From assembly GCA_963703285.1 (NCBI GenBank), contig OY969807.1:416001-480000 (forward strand): a DNA stretch of 64,000 nt, in the 5' to 3' direction. The DNA is from an uncultured Nitrososphaerota archaeon. Its GTDB lineage: Archaea > Thermoproteota > Nitrososphaeria > Nitrososphaerales > Gagatemarchaeaceae. Shown here one piece after another: positions 46,964 to 56,771 of the stretch. The translations under genes were made by a program, and so were the position numbers. The notes beneath the pieces were generated by a model. The model was not told where the DNA came from. It did no database searches and saw nothing but the letters and a program-made list of their open reading frames with translations. Each line of letters starts with the position of its first letter. Position 1 is the first letter of the stretch.

Positions 46964-49900
46964 ATGTTGACGACCATCAATGAACCGCTTGACCTCGCCG
47001 CGAAGCTCTCCGGGCTTCTGGCGCCAGCCTCGGAGCTCGAAGAGGGGTTGCTCGTCTCAGCGGTCTACGACGGCGAGAAGAGGCTCGCGGTCCTCAAGTT
47101 CTACGACCCGAAGCTCGACAGGGTCTGGAGGTGGGAGGACAACACCGGGCACAGGCCCTACTGCTTCAGCAAGCAGCCCATGAGCGAGCTCAGCTCGCTG
47201 CGTTCGAGGCCGGACATCGTCGGGATTGAGGAGGTCCAGAAGCTCGACCTGCTCTCGGACTCGACCATCGAGGTGAGGAAGATCGTCGCCTCGGACCCGC
47301 TGGCCATCGGTGGCTCTCCCGGGAAGAGCGTCCGTGACGAGATGGAGGTATGGGAGGCCGACATAAAGTACTACGAGAACTACATCTACGACAGGAACCT
47401 CAGGATCGGGACCTACTACAGGATACGTGACGGCCGGATAATCGCGGTCGAGAAGGAGATGCCCGAGATCGTCGCCCGCTCGCTCGACCAGATACTTGCG
47501 AAGAACACGGGGGGGCAGAACAGGTTCATACGCGAGTGGGCCGAGCTCCTGTCGCAGCCGCTCTGTCCGTTCAAGCGCATCGCGATGGACATCGAGGTCG
47601 CGAACGAGGAGTCCAGGATACCCGACCCTGAGAAGGCCGACAGGGACGTGATAGCGATCTCGTTCCACAACGACTCCGAGTCGCTGGTCTATGCGGTCGC
47701 GAGGGAGGGAGACCGCTCCCTCGAAGGGGCCGCGACGAGCTACTCGGCAGTCCTCTTCGACGATGAGGAGACCATGATTCGCGCCGCCTTCTCCAAGATC
47801 ATGGACTACCCCTTCCTGATAACCTTCAACGGCGACGACTTCGACCTGAGGTACCTCGTCCACAGGGCGGAGAAGAAGGGGATCAAGCCCGACGAGATAC
47901 CGATCTCCCTCATGCGGCAGGAGGCAGCGCTGAAGCATGGCGTCCACATCGACCTCTACCGTTTCTTCAACAACCGCTCAATCCAGATCTACGTCTACGG
48001 CAACAAGTACAGCGAGCACACCCTCAACGGCGTCTCGGAGGCGGTCCTGGGCAAGTCCAAGATAGAGTTCGAGGGGAATGTGGCGGACCTCCCGCTGCTC
48101 GAGCTCTCGAACTACTGCCTGAACGACTCGCAGCTGACCTACGAGCTTACGAGCCTCAACGGGTCGCTCATGATGAAGATCCTCCTGGTCATCTCGCGCA
48201 TCGCCAAGATGCCGATGAACGACGTTGCCAGGGTTGGCGTTTCGAACTGGATCAGGTCGATGCTCTTCTACGAGCACCGGAGGATGAACGCGATCATCCC
48301 CCGCAAAGACGAGCTCGCCCAGAAGGGCGGCGCCTCCTCCGAGGCGATAATCAAGGGGAAGAAGTACAAGGGCGGGCTTGTCATAGAGCCGACGCCCGGG
48401 GTCCACTTCGGCGTCTCGGTACTAGACTTCGCGAGCCTGTACCCGTCGATCATCAAGGTCCACAACCTCTCCTACGAGACCGTCAACTGCCCGCACGAGG
48501 AGTGCCGCTCGAACAAGGTCCCAGACACGGACAACTGGGTCTGCACGAAGAGGTCCGGCATCGAGAGCCTGGTCACGGGGTCGCTGAGGGACCTGAGGGT
48601 CGGTCACTACAAGCATCTCGCGAAGGATAAATCGCTCTCCGTTGAGGAAATGGAGCTGAATTCGGTCGTTTCACAGGGATTAAAGGTGATTTTGAACGCC
48701 AGTTACGGCGTGATGGGTTTTGAGACGTTCGCGCTCTACTGTCTCCCGGTCGCCGAGGCCACGGCCGCGTACGGGAGGTACGCCATCACCAAGACGATAG
48801 ACAAGTGCAAGCATGAGGGAATCTCTGTGATCTACTCCGACACGGACAGCCTCTTCGTCGAGAATCCGAACAAGTCGAAGATTGACGAGCTGACGAGGTG
48901 GGCGGAGCACGACCTGGGCGTCGAGCTCGACGTCGACAAGAGCTACCGTTATGTCGCGTTCAGCGAGAGGAAGAAGAACTACTTCGGCGTGCTGCAGGAC
49001 GGGACGGCCGATATCAAAGGTTTGACTGGCAAGAAGTCGATAAGCGGAGACACTCCTATTCTAGCTCGGATTGACGGAAGCGTCTTCTTCACGAATGTCG
49101 AGGACGTCTTCCGGAAGTTTACCGATGGGAGTCGAGTGGAGTTGCCAACCATCAGCGACGATCTCATCTCAAGCTGGAGCGTGATTGACGACGCGACTTC
49201 ACACGAAGTCCAGGAAATCTATACATTGGGCACGAGCAAAGGGAGACAGCTGAAACTTTCTGGCGACCACAGTATCTTTTTCATCGACAAATATGGCCGG
49301 CTATTCTGCAAGGCCACAAGAGACGTCCAGGTGGGAGACGTACTTGTGGGTGCAAAGTTCATTCCAGACTCGGGAAGACCTTTGACTCTCGATGTTAGCA
49401 AATCTCTGAACCAAACCGTCGAGGTTGACGGCCTGCTTTACTCAGCGAAGACTCACTCGACAAAGGGGACGCCTATCAAAAGGCTCCTTCCTGTTACGGA
49501 AGATTTGGGAATGTTGTTTGGCCTCTTCACCGCCGAGGGGTCTACCGCATCCCGCGAGGGATCAAGGTCCAACGTGATTACGCAGAGCGAAGTCATTAAT
49601 CGAGAGGTTTGCGACGCGCTAAGATCCGCGTGGACGAGGACTTTCGGATGGGACATCAACCCTCTCAGAGACCCAAACAAACGATCATTCTACTTGCCCA
49701 TCCTCTACGCTCAGTTATTCAAGTTCCAATGTGGCGGGAGGAGCGAGTCTAAACATGTTCCTGGCTTCATGTTCTCCGCTTCATTGGAAGTTGTACGGTC
49801 CTATCTTAGGGGTCTATTCTCGGGAGACGGATTCAGCGGCGAGGGTAAAAAAATCGGCATTGCTTCCGAGAGTCGGCTGCTGATTGAACAGACGGCGTAT

Positions 49901-50890
49901 CTACTGGCCTACTTCGACATCGATTGCCGATTCAGAACATGCTACAACTCCAAGTACAAACTCTATTATTATCAGCTGAGCATCATTGGCACCTCGAGTC
50001 GACGAAGGTTCCAAGAGCGCATCGGCTTCCTGCAGCCGAGGTTCCAGAAGATTCCAGCTAATGGCCCGCGAAACAAGGAGTTACTTCCCGTCTCAACCGA
50101 AGGACTGATTCAAGTAAAGAGAAGTATTCTCAAGAGGCTAGGGGTTAGCAGGTTCAGGCACGTCAAGATGCACGACTCTAGGTCGTTCAACCTGAGCCTG
50201 CTGAGCGACTACAATGAGGTCATTGCTTCCTTGGCTGCCCGCGCGGACCCACTCGAGAAGAGCTTGCTTTTGAGCATTCGGAACATGATTAACAACCAAG
50301 ACGCGACCTATGACGAGATCGTATCCGCCAAGCGAGAAGTTGGCTCGTGCAGGATGTACGACTTCTCCGTACCTGGTCTTGAGAGGTTCGTGGCGGGTAA
50401 CCTTCCCTCTCTGCTGCATAACAGCCAAACACCCGAGTTCCTGAAGAAGGCGTTCTACGACTGCCTGGCGATACTGGGCACGGTCTACGGCGCGGACGAC
50501 TTCGAGCGCGCGAGGAGGGAAATCAAGGCCCTGCTCACGAAGATGGTATCTTCTCTCAGGAACAAGGAGATCCCGCTTGACGAGCTCTCTTTCAACGTCA
50601 TGATAGGGAAGGCCGTCTCCGGTTACGCAGGGACGACCCCCCAGCACGTGAGGGCGGCGCAGCTGCTTCAGAGGACCGGGCGGGAGATCAAGGCGGGCGA
50701 CATCATCTCCTTCGTGAAGACGAAGACGCCCCCCAACGTGAAACCCGTCAGCCTTGCGCGGGTCGACGAGGTCGACGTCGACAAGTACCTAGAGTATGCG
50801 AGCTCGATGTTCGACCAGATGCTCGACTCGCTGGGTTTCAGCTTCGACGAGATCCTGGGCTCCACGACGCTCGACGCCTTCTGGTCCTGA
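46964..50890 (+). CDS. polB: Family B DNA polymerase containing one intein
   Basis: Exonuclease DIE and FNGDDFD; motif A DFASLYPS; motif B KVILNASYG; motif C YSDTDS; C-terminal PIP box TLDAFW. Confidence 0.96.
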   Translation: MLTTINEPLDLAAKLSGLLAPASELEEGLLVSAVYDGEKRLAVLKFYDPKLDRVWRWEDNTGHRPYCFSKQPMSELSSLRSRPDIVGIEEVQKLDLLSDSTIEVRKIVASDPLAIGGSPGKSVRDEMEVWEADIKYYENYIYDRNLRIGTYYRIRDGRIIAVEKEMPEIVARSLDQILAKNTGGQNRFIREWAELLSQPLCPFKRIAMDIEVANEESRIPDPEKADRDVIAISFHNDSESLVYAVAREGDRSLEGAATSYSAVLFDDEETMIRAAFSKIMDYPFLITFNGDDFDLRYLVHRAEKKGIKPDEIPISLMRQEAALKHGVHIDLYRFFNNRSIQIYVYGNKYSEHTLNGVSEAVLGKSKIEFEGNVADLPLLELSNYCLNDSQLTYELTSLNGSLMMKILLVISRIAKMPMNDVARVGVSNWIRSMLFYEHRRMNAIIPRKDELAQKGGASSEAIIKGKKYKGGLVIEPTPGVHFGVSVLDFASLYPSIIKVHNLSYETVNCPHEECRSNKVPDTDNWVCTKRSGIESLVTGSLRDLRVGHYKHLAKDKSLSVEEMELNSVVSQGLKVILNASYGVMGFETFALYCLPVAEATAAYGRYAITKTIDKCKHEGISVIYSDTDSLFVENPNKSKIDELTRWAEHDLGVELDVDKSYRYVAFSERKKNYFGVLQDGTADIKGLTGKKSISGDTPILARIDGSVFFTNVEDVFRKFTDGSRVELPTISDDLISSWSVIDDATSHEVQEIYTLGTSKGRQLKLSGDHSIFFIDKYGRLFCKATRDVQVGDVLVGAKFIPDSGRPLTLDVSKSLNQTVEVDGLLYSAKTHSTKGTPIKRLLPVTEDLGMLFGLFTAEGSTASREGSRSNVITQSEVINREVCDALRSAWTRTFGWDINPLRDPNKRSFYLPILYAQLFKFQCGGRSESKHVPGFMFSASLEVVRSYLRGLFSGDGFSGEGKKIGIASESRLLIEQTAYLLAYFDIDCRFRTCYNSKYKLYYYQLSIIGTSSRRRFQERIGFLQPRFQKIPANGPRNKELLPVSTEGLIQVKRSILKRLGVSRFRHVKMHDSRSFNLSLLSDYNEVIASLAARADPLEKSLLLSIRNMINNQDATYDEIVSAKREVGSCRMYDFSVPGLERFVAGNLPSLLHNSQTPEFLKKAFYDCLAILGTVYGADDFERARREIKALLTKMVSSLRNKEIPLDELSFNVMIGKAVSGYAGTTPQHVRAAQLLQRTGREIKAGDIISFVKTKTPPNVKPVSLARVDEVDVDKYLEYASSMFDQMLDSLGFSFDEILGSTTLDAFWS
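49037..50422 (+). mobile_element. LAGLIDADG-containing intein (462 aa) in PolB
   Basis: Block A SISGDTPI, block B LSGDHSIF, LFGLFTAEG and YLRGLFSGDG, block F YDFSV, terminal LLHN followed by Ser; lower GC; removal gives KGLTGKKSQTP. Confidence 0.92.
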
Positions 50891-50934
50891 GCCATCGCAA
50901 CTCTTATCAAAACGTCCCCGTCGCTACGCGCGGC

Positions 50935-51828
50935 TTGGAACCAGAGAGGGACCTCGTTGGCTACGGGAACAAGAAGTTCCACTTCTCCTGGCCCGGGGGC
51001 CGGAGGCTGGCCCTCAGCATAGTGCTCAACTTCGAGGAGGGCGCCGAGCACTCCGTCGCCACGGACGGGATGATAGAGTCGGTGGGGGAGTTCCTCCCCG
51101 TCGACCTGAAGGTGCGCGACGTGGGGAACGAGAGCGCCTACGAGTACGGCCCCCGCGTGGGCATCTGGAGGATCCTCGAGACCCTCAAGAAGTACGACGC
51201 CAGGGCTACCTTCTTCGCGACCGCGATGGCGCTCAGGGCCAACAAGCCGGCGACCGAGGCCATCGTGAAGGCGGGGCACGAGATAGCCGACCACGGGCTC
51301 ACATGGACGGAGCACTTCCGGTACACCTACGACGAGGAGAGGGAAGTCATCGTGAAGTCCGTCGCGCTCATCGAGGAGCTCATCGGGAAGAAGCCGGTCG
51401 GCTTCTACGCGAGGGAGCCTAGCCCCAACACTCTCCGCATCGTGGGGGAGCTGCCAAACTTCATCTACGACTCGGACGCCTACAACGACGACCTCCCCTA
51501 CAGGGCGAAGGGGGGTGGGATACTCATACTCCCGTACACCCCGGACGCGAACGACTTCCACTTCCTCTCGCCGATGCACCGCTTCAGCAACTCCTCGGAC
51601 TTCTTCGTCTATCTCAAGGACTCGTTCGATGTCCTCCGCGAGGAGAGCAAGGCCAAACCCAAGATGATGTCCGTCGGGCTGCACACCCGCGTCACGGGTA
51701 GGCCGGGTCGCATCGTGGCCCTCAGGCGGTTGCTGGAGTACGTGAGGGGGTTCGACGACGTCTGGATAGCGACGAGGGAGGAGATAGCCCGCTACTGGAT
51801 CGAGCAGGTAGAGCCCCTCCTGATGTGA
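50935..51828 (+). CDS. PuuE/allantoinase-like polysaccharide deacetylase family protein
   Basis: RDLVGYG, WPGGRRLALSIVLNFEEGAE, YEYGPRVG, MMSVGLH. Confidence 0.88.
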   Translation: MEPERDLVGYGNKKFHFSWPGGRRLALSIVLNFEEGAEHSVATDGMIESVGEFLPVDLKVRDVGNESAYEYGPRVGIWRILETLKKYDARATFFATAMALRANKPATEAIVKAGHEIADHGLTWTEHFRYTYDEEREVIVKSVALIEELIGKKPVGFYAREPSPNTLRIVGELPNFIYDSDAYNDDLPYRAKGGGILILPYTPDANDFHFLSPMHRFSNSSDFFVYLKDSFDVLREESKAKPKMMSVGLHTRVTGRPGRIVALRRLLEYVRGFDDVWIATREEIARYWIEQVEPLLM

Positions 51829-51876
51829 TTTCGCCCCCGAAACGCACATTACCGGCGACGTCGGCACCCAGATGAT

Positions 51877-52293
51877 TTGCCGCTAAAGTTCGGGAAGATA
51901 GAGCAGACGGTCTTCGTTGACGCCAGCCCGGAAGAGGTCTACGAAGCCTTCCTCGACCCCAAGAAGCACGGCGCGTTCACCGGCTCGCCCGCGAAGACGA
52001 ACGCCAGGGTGGGCTCTGAGTTCACTGCCTGGGACGGGTACATCTCCGGCAAGAACGTCGAGCTCGTGAAGGGGAAGAAGATAGTCCAGGAGTGGGAGAC
52101 GACCGAGTGGCCGGAGGGGTACCCCCGCTCGCGGCTCGAGTTCACGCTGACACCCAAGAGGGGCGGGACCGAGCTCAAGATGGTCCACTCGAAGGTCCCT
52201 GCCGAGCAGGTCGAGGAGTACACGTCCGGCTGGTACAGCTCCTACTGGGAACCGCTCAAGGAGTACTTCGCAGAGAAGAAGCGCGCGCCCTAG
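51877..52293 (+). CDS. SRPBCC/AHSA1 domain protein
   Basis: ASPEEVYEAF, FTAWDGYISG, GWYSSYW. Confidence 0.88.
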   Translation: MPLKFGKIEQTVFVDASPEEVYEAFLDPKKHGAFTGSPAKTNARVGSEFTAWDGYISGKNVELVKGKKIVQEWETTEWPEGYPRSRLEFTLTPKRGGTELKMVHSKVPAEQVEEYTSGWYSSYWEPLKEYFAEKKRAP

Positions 52294-54005
52294 GCGTAGG
52301 ACGCCATCTTCTGGCCGAGCTCCGAGAGGAAGTCCTCGGTCCTGAGGCCGTACCTGACGTCGCCCTCTCTCGCCCTCACGGCGATGGTGCCTCCCTCCTG
52401 CTCCTTCCCCCCGATGACGACCATGTAGGGGATTTTCTGGAGCTGGGCGTTCCTGATCTTGCCCCCGATGGTCCCAGAGTCGTCGTCCAGCTCGGCCCTT
52501 ATGCCCGCGGAGCGCAGCTTCCTCAGCACTCCCGTGGCATACTCCCTGTTGTCGTCCGAGATGGGCAAGACCCTCACCTGCACCGGGGCCAGCCAGAGCG
52601 GGAACCTCCCCTGGTAGTGCTCGATGAGTATCCCAATGAACCTCTCGAGGGTTCCGAGTATCGTCCTGTGGATGACCACCGGGGTGTGCTCCTTGCCGTC
52701 CGTGCCGGTGTAGGCGAGCCTGAACCTCTTGGGCATCTGCATGTCGAGCTGGATGGTCGCGCACTGCCAGGCCCTCCCCATCGAATCCTGTATGTCGACG
52801 TCAATCTTGGGACCATAGAAGCCGCCCTCCTTCTCCTTGACCTCGTAGGGGAGCCCCTTCGAGGCGACGACCTCTTTGAGGATCTTGGTGGCCTTGTCCC
52901 ACTCCTCCTCGGTTCCGAGGTGCTGGTCGGGCATGGTCGAGACGTATACCTTGAAGTCGAGCTTGAACTTCCCGTACATCTCCACCATGAGGTCTAGGAG
53001 GCCGGCGATCTCGGCCGGAGCTCCCTCCTCGCTGACGAAGATGTGTGCGTCGTCCTGGGTGAGAACCTTGACCCTGAAGAGGCCGCTCGCGACGCCGCTG
53101 AGCTCGTTCCTGTAGAGCGGGTCGAAGTCCGAGACCCTGAGCGGGAGGTCCCTGAATGACCACTTCCGCGTCTTGTAGAAGAGGAACGTCGAGGGGCAGT
53201 TCATCGGCTTGAGCCCGAACTCCTCGTCGCCGAGGTGTGTGATGAACATGTTGTCCTTGTAGTTATCCCAGTGCCCGCTCACCTTCCAGAGCACGGTGTT
53301 GGCCAGCGAAGGGGTGCTGATCTCGATGTAGTTCCTCTTGGCCAGCTCCTCCCTCACGAGCGCGATCAGCCTGTCCCTCAGCTTGACGCCCTTGTCGTGC
53401 CAGTAGACCATCCCCGGGGACGGCTCCTGGAAGCTGAAGAGGTCGAGCCTCTCCCCGATGACCCTGTGGTCGGTCTCGGGGAGGCCCACGAAGTCGCTCT
53501 TCTTGACCCTGGCCAGCATCTGCTCCTCGGTCATCTCCGGCTTCCGCTCGGAGACCACCCTCACGGGCTCCGCGGGCAAGACCGCCTGCGCGGCGCCCGA
53601 CTGATAGACCCTCGACTGCTCGGCGAGCGGGTGGCCCTTGACCTTGATCTGGAACGCCTTGTTCCACCCGAACGGTGCCCTGTAGGTCTCCAGCCCCGCT
53701 TCCTTCGCGTACCTCTCCATCGCCTTCAGTACCTCGAGCGCCTCCCTCGGTCTGGCCAGGTTCTGAGAGAGGTGGGCGTAGGGGTAGATGATGACCCTGT
53801 TGACCTTAAGCCTCCCGAGGAACTCCCTGGTCCCCTCGATGGCCCTCTTGGCGACCTCGTCGTCGTCCCCCTGCTCGACCGATGTGAAGAGGACGACAAT
53901 CTCCTCGTAGCGGAACCTCTTCTTCTCGGCCTCCTCGGCGGAGGAGATCTCCTTCTCCTTCGGCTCGTACTCGATGAAGTCGAGGTGCTGCTGTAGTATC
54001 CTCAT
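52290..54005 (-). CDS. thrS: Threonine--tRNA ligase with archaeal editing domain
   Basis: MRILQQH..YPYAHLS..APFGW editing domain; LKPMNCP, YRNELSG, FYGPKID, VIHR. Confidence 0.96.
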   Translation of the reverse strand: MRILQQHLDFIEYEPKEKEISSAEEAEKKRFRYEEIVVLFTSVEQGDDDEVAKRAIEGTREFLGRLKVNRVIIYPYAHLSQNLARPREALEVLKAMERYAKEAGLETYRAPFGWNKAFQIKVKGHPLAEQSRVYQSGAAQAVLPAEPVRVVSERKPEMTEEQMLARVKKSDFVGLPETDHRVIGERLDLFSFQEPSPGMVYWHDKGVKLRDRLIALVREELAKRNYIEISTPSLANTVLWKVSGHWDNYKDNMFITHLGDEEFGLKPMNCPSTFLFYKTRKWSFRDLPLRVSDFDPLYRNELSGVASGLFRVKVLTQDDAHIFVSEEGAPAEIAGLLDLMVEMYGKFKLDFKVYVSTMPDQHLGTEEEWDKATKILKEVVASKGLPYEVKEKEGGFYGPKIDVDIQDSMGRAWQCATIQLDMQMPKRFRLAYTGTDGKEHTPVVIHRTILGTLERFIGILIEHYQGRFPLWLAPVQVRVLPISDDNREYATGVLRKLRSAGIRAELDDDSGTIGGKIRNAQLQKIPYMVVIGGKEQEGGTIAVRAREGDVRYGLRTEDFLSELGQKMASYA

Positions 54006-54020
54006 GTAGACTATCCGGTC

Positions 54021-54227
54021 CTAGCCCCACCGGGCCCTCTCGATGTCGCGGTCCTTCTTGGTCGACTTCTTCCACGCCTTGTAGTGGTCGTGGCAGAGGT
54101 AGACCCTCCTGCCCTCTCCCCCGGCCGACAGGCCCGACCCTGCGAGCTGGCTTCTGCTGATGGACCTCTCGCCCGGGTTCCGGCAGCCGCCGACCGAGCA
54201 GGAGACGCCCTTCTCTATCTTCCCCAT
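54021..54227 (-). CDS. Small Zn-binding protein upstream of thrS
   Basis: CSVGGC...LCHDHY Cys/His pattern; co-oriented 15 nt upstream of thrS. Confidence 0.7.
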   Translation of the reverse strand: MGKIEKGVSCSVGGCRNPGERSISRSQLAGSGLSAGGEGRRVYLCHDHYKAWKKSTKKDRDIERARWG

Positions 54228-54361
54228 GTGGAGCCGGCCTCTCTGCGGGTGACCACGTTTAGAATCTTGCGGTGGGACGCCGGGGATACTGTTTAGTCTC
54301 TTGTCATGATGGCCGTGGGATAGCCAGAAGGGGATTCTGGTCTATTCAGGCGGGATCGTGG

Positions 54362-54741
54362 TCAGCGTTCGCCGAACCGTAACCCCTTACCATGGATGAC
54401 ATCAAAGATGTTCCCGTCAGGGTCTGCCAAGGTGGTAAAGTCCTCTCCTCTACGCCGAGCCCGCTTGAGGGTCGCGCCGAGGTTGATTAGCCGTTTGACT
54501 TCATTCTCAGCGTCTGTGCTGTAGAGTTCCAAGTGGAGTCTGTACTGGTCCATATGCCCCCCTGACGTGAGGCCGAGTGAAATGTTAGGACCTTTCCCCT
54601 GAGGGTCTTTCAGAATGACCCAGCCCCTCTTTGGGGGTACTTCGGGACGTAATGAAGCGCCTCCTGCCAGAATGCCATCATCTTGGGAAAGTCATCGCAG
54701 TCAATGAATATTGAACCGACCCAGAGTTTGCCTTCTACCAT
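54362..54741 (-). CDS. VOC/glyoxalase-like protein, frameshifted in the homopolymer at 54633-54637
   Basis: Manual translation SIFIDCDDFPKMMAFWQEAL, then RLHLEL..LGA..LADPDGNIFDVI; low GC. Confidence 0.75.
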
Positions 54742-54894
54742 AACTTTACGGCCAAGCGACGTTCAAGTCATTTGGGTTAAGAATTTCGGTTCCGTCAATG
54801 GAGCTTTTCTTGATTTCGGGTTAGAGCCGCACGTATCGCCCACGTATCGACGCCGGGAAGAGCTCTAATACGAACAGGGGGGAGGAGGCGGTGC

Positions 54895-55464
54895 GTGCTA
54901 GACAAGCTGAGGGGCAGGGTGGCCGCGGCCTCTCTCCGGATGGGGCGCAGCGCGGCGAGGGTGATGCCCTCGCCCACGGCCTGGACCGCGACGGGCTTCT
55001 TCTTCTCGCTCGTAGCCGCGGCCCTCTTCGCGACGGGCCATCCCGTCTACGGCGCGCTCGCCGGGGTCGCCGTCCTCGTCTCGGGGTTCTTCGACATCCT
55101 GGACGGGGCGGTCGCCAGGGCCACCGGCGCGGTCAGCAGGAGAGGCGCCTTTCTGGACTCGACGATGGACAGGGTGGGAGAGACGGCGATCTACCTGGGG
55201 ATACTGCTGGGGAACACGACCTCCCCGTTCCTCGTATTCCTCGCGCTCGCGGCGAGCCTCCTCGTGAGCTACACGAGGGCGAAGGCGGACGCCCTCTCCG
55301 TGAACCTCGCCGGGGTCGGCATAGGGGAGAGGAGCGAGAGGCTCATCGTGATCGGCGTCGCAGCGCTCCTGGGGCTGCTGCCCTGGGGCGTCATCGTGGT
55401 CGCGGCTCTCGCCATCGTCACGTTCGTGGAGAGGGTGGCGAGGGTGACGGCGGCGCTGAAGTAG
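54895..55464 (+). CDS. CDP-alcohol phosphatidyltransferase (archaetidylinositol phosphate synthase-like)
   Basis: DILDGAVAR...GAFLDSTMDR, SYTRAKA, GERSER. Confidence 0.92.
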   Translation: MLDKLRGRVAAASLRMGRSAARVMPSPTAWTATGFFFSLVAAALFATGHPVYGALAGVAVLVSGFFDILDGAVARATGAVSRRGAFLDSTMDRVGETAIYLGILLGNTTSPFLVFLALAASLLVSYTRAKADALSVNLAGVGIGERSERLIVIGVAALLGLLPWGVIVVAALAIVTFVERVARVTAALK

Positions 55465-56242
55465 AAACGGTCCCTGCGTTGGCCAGCTCGCGCTTGTCTA
55501 GGCCCCGTCTCGCACGCGCTGTTCTGTTTTGAATCCACGCTTCGACCATGTCGTCGAGTTGTGTTTGTGATAGCTTGGTCCTTCTTCTCTCGTTCCAAGC
55601 TTCGACAGACTGCCTTGCGAATTGCCTCCAAACCGTTCCCATATAGACGTCGGTGGTTAGCTTTCCCCGGATGACCCCCGAAGATGGAAAGAAAGATAGG
55701 GCGGCTCTTGACTCGAGTGCCTTCAGGCCTTTCAAGTCGTCTGACAGGAGGCTAAGAAGGCAGTATGCTCTTACGCCTTGAAGCTTGACGATGTGAGTCG
55801 GAAGCCGTCCCTTCGGAGGGGTAGCCCCGGAGATTACTCTTGCCCCCAGTTGCTCGGCGATGACATCGATAGCACCGTCATCATTCATCGCTCCTTCTAC
55901 CATCAAGGATGTCCTGCCGGATTGTCGAGAGTGCGCTACAGTTATCGACGCTTCGTCCGATATCCACTGTGCGACTCTGGCTCTAGCTGCAGGCGTAGAC
56001 AAGAGGTCTGAGAGTACCTGGTTGATTGGAATCTCCGGTCGCATTTCTGGTTTGAGGTTGAGCCTTTGTGTCCATCGTGTGACAGTACGCCTCGAGACCC
56101 CGAAGAAAGTCGCTACCGAAGTCTGAGTTCCTAACTCATGATATGCTTCTAGAATGCGTTCAGACGGAGGGGGTGAAACTGGACTTGTGTTGGTGTGCTC
56201 AATACGATTGGCACTCTGAGACCGTGCCGCGGAGCTTCCCAA
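55418..56242 (-). mobile_element. Free-standing HTH plus degenerate LAGLIDADG-like endonuclease
   Basis: TQTSVATFFGVSRRTVTRW HTH; VAQWISDEASITV motif; AYCLLSLLSDDLKGLK; low GC; TTG 56242 inferred (ORF open to 56329). Confidence 0.62.
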
Positions 56243-56295
56243 AGTTCTCTGCGGATAGAAGCCATTTCTCGGTTTAAGCACCAATGTCTGACAAA

Positions 56296-56334
56296 AGAAG
56301 GAATGAAGAGGGGTCGGGTCCCTCAACATTTCCG
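56296..56334 (-). terminator. Stem-loop plus pyrimidine/T tract after rps26e
   Basis: Minus strand GAGGG-ACCCGAC-CCCTC followed by TTCATTCCTTCTTTT. Confidence 0.4.
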
Positions 56335-56345
56335 GTTGGCTTTGC

Positions 56346-56621
56346 TTAGTTGAACCTTCGCTCCGCCTTCGCTCTCACGTTGACGATGCCGTAGTGCACC
56401 GCGCAAGACACGCAATAATATTTTACAGAGGTCGGACTTGCGATGTACGCGCCCGCCGCCCTCAGCTCCCTCGCAAGCTGGGGCTCGACCAAGCTCGTCC
56501 TGGTCGTCACCTTCTTCGCCTTGTCCCTGGGAACGTGCGCGCCGCAGTTGCTGCAGGAGACGACTGCCGAGCTGCCCTTGCCGCCCTTGGCTCTTCCTCG
56601 GCTCTTCCTTTTCTTGGTCAT
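56346..56621 (-). CDS. rps26e: 30S ribosomal protein eS26 (S26e)
   Basis: MTKKRKSRGR, CSNCGAHVPRDKA, YCVSCAVH. Confidence 0.95.
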   Translation of the reverse strand: MTKKRKSRGRAKGGKGSSAVVSCSNCGAHVPRDKAKKVTTRTSLVEPQLARELRAAGAYIASPTSVKYYCVSCAVHYGIVNVRAKAERRFN

Positions 56622-56771
56622 AACGGCAGCGCCCCCGGGGGTGGCTTAAAAGGTTGGGGTGCCAGACGGCTCCCCGAGCTCCTGAGACCCGCCCGCGGAA
56701 ATTCCTAAATACGGAACGGCCGGGCGGTGCGAAAGGCGAGCTGGTAACGTCCCTAACACCCGTCTCCGCAG

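Noticed and set aside
54630-54640. VOC gene frameshift
   Set aside because: Homopolymer indel; cannot be distinguished from an assembly error
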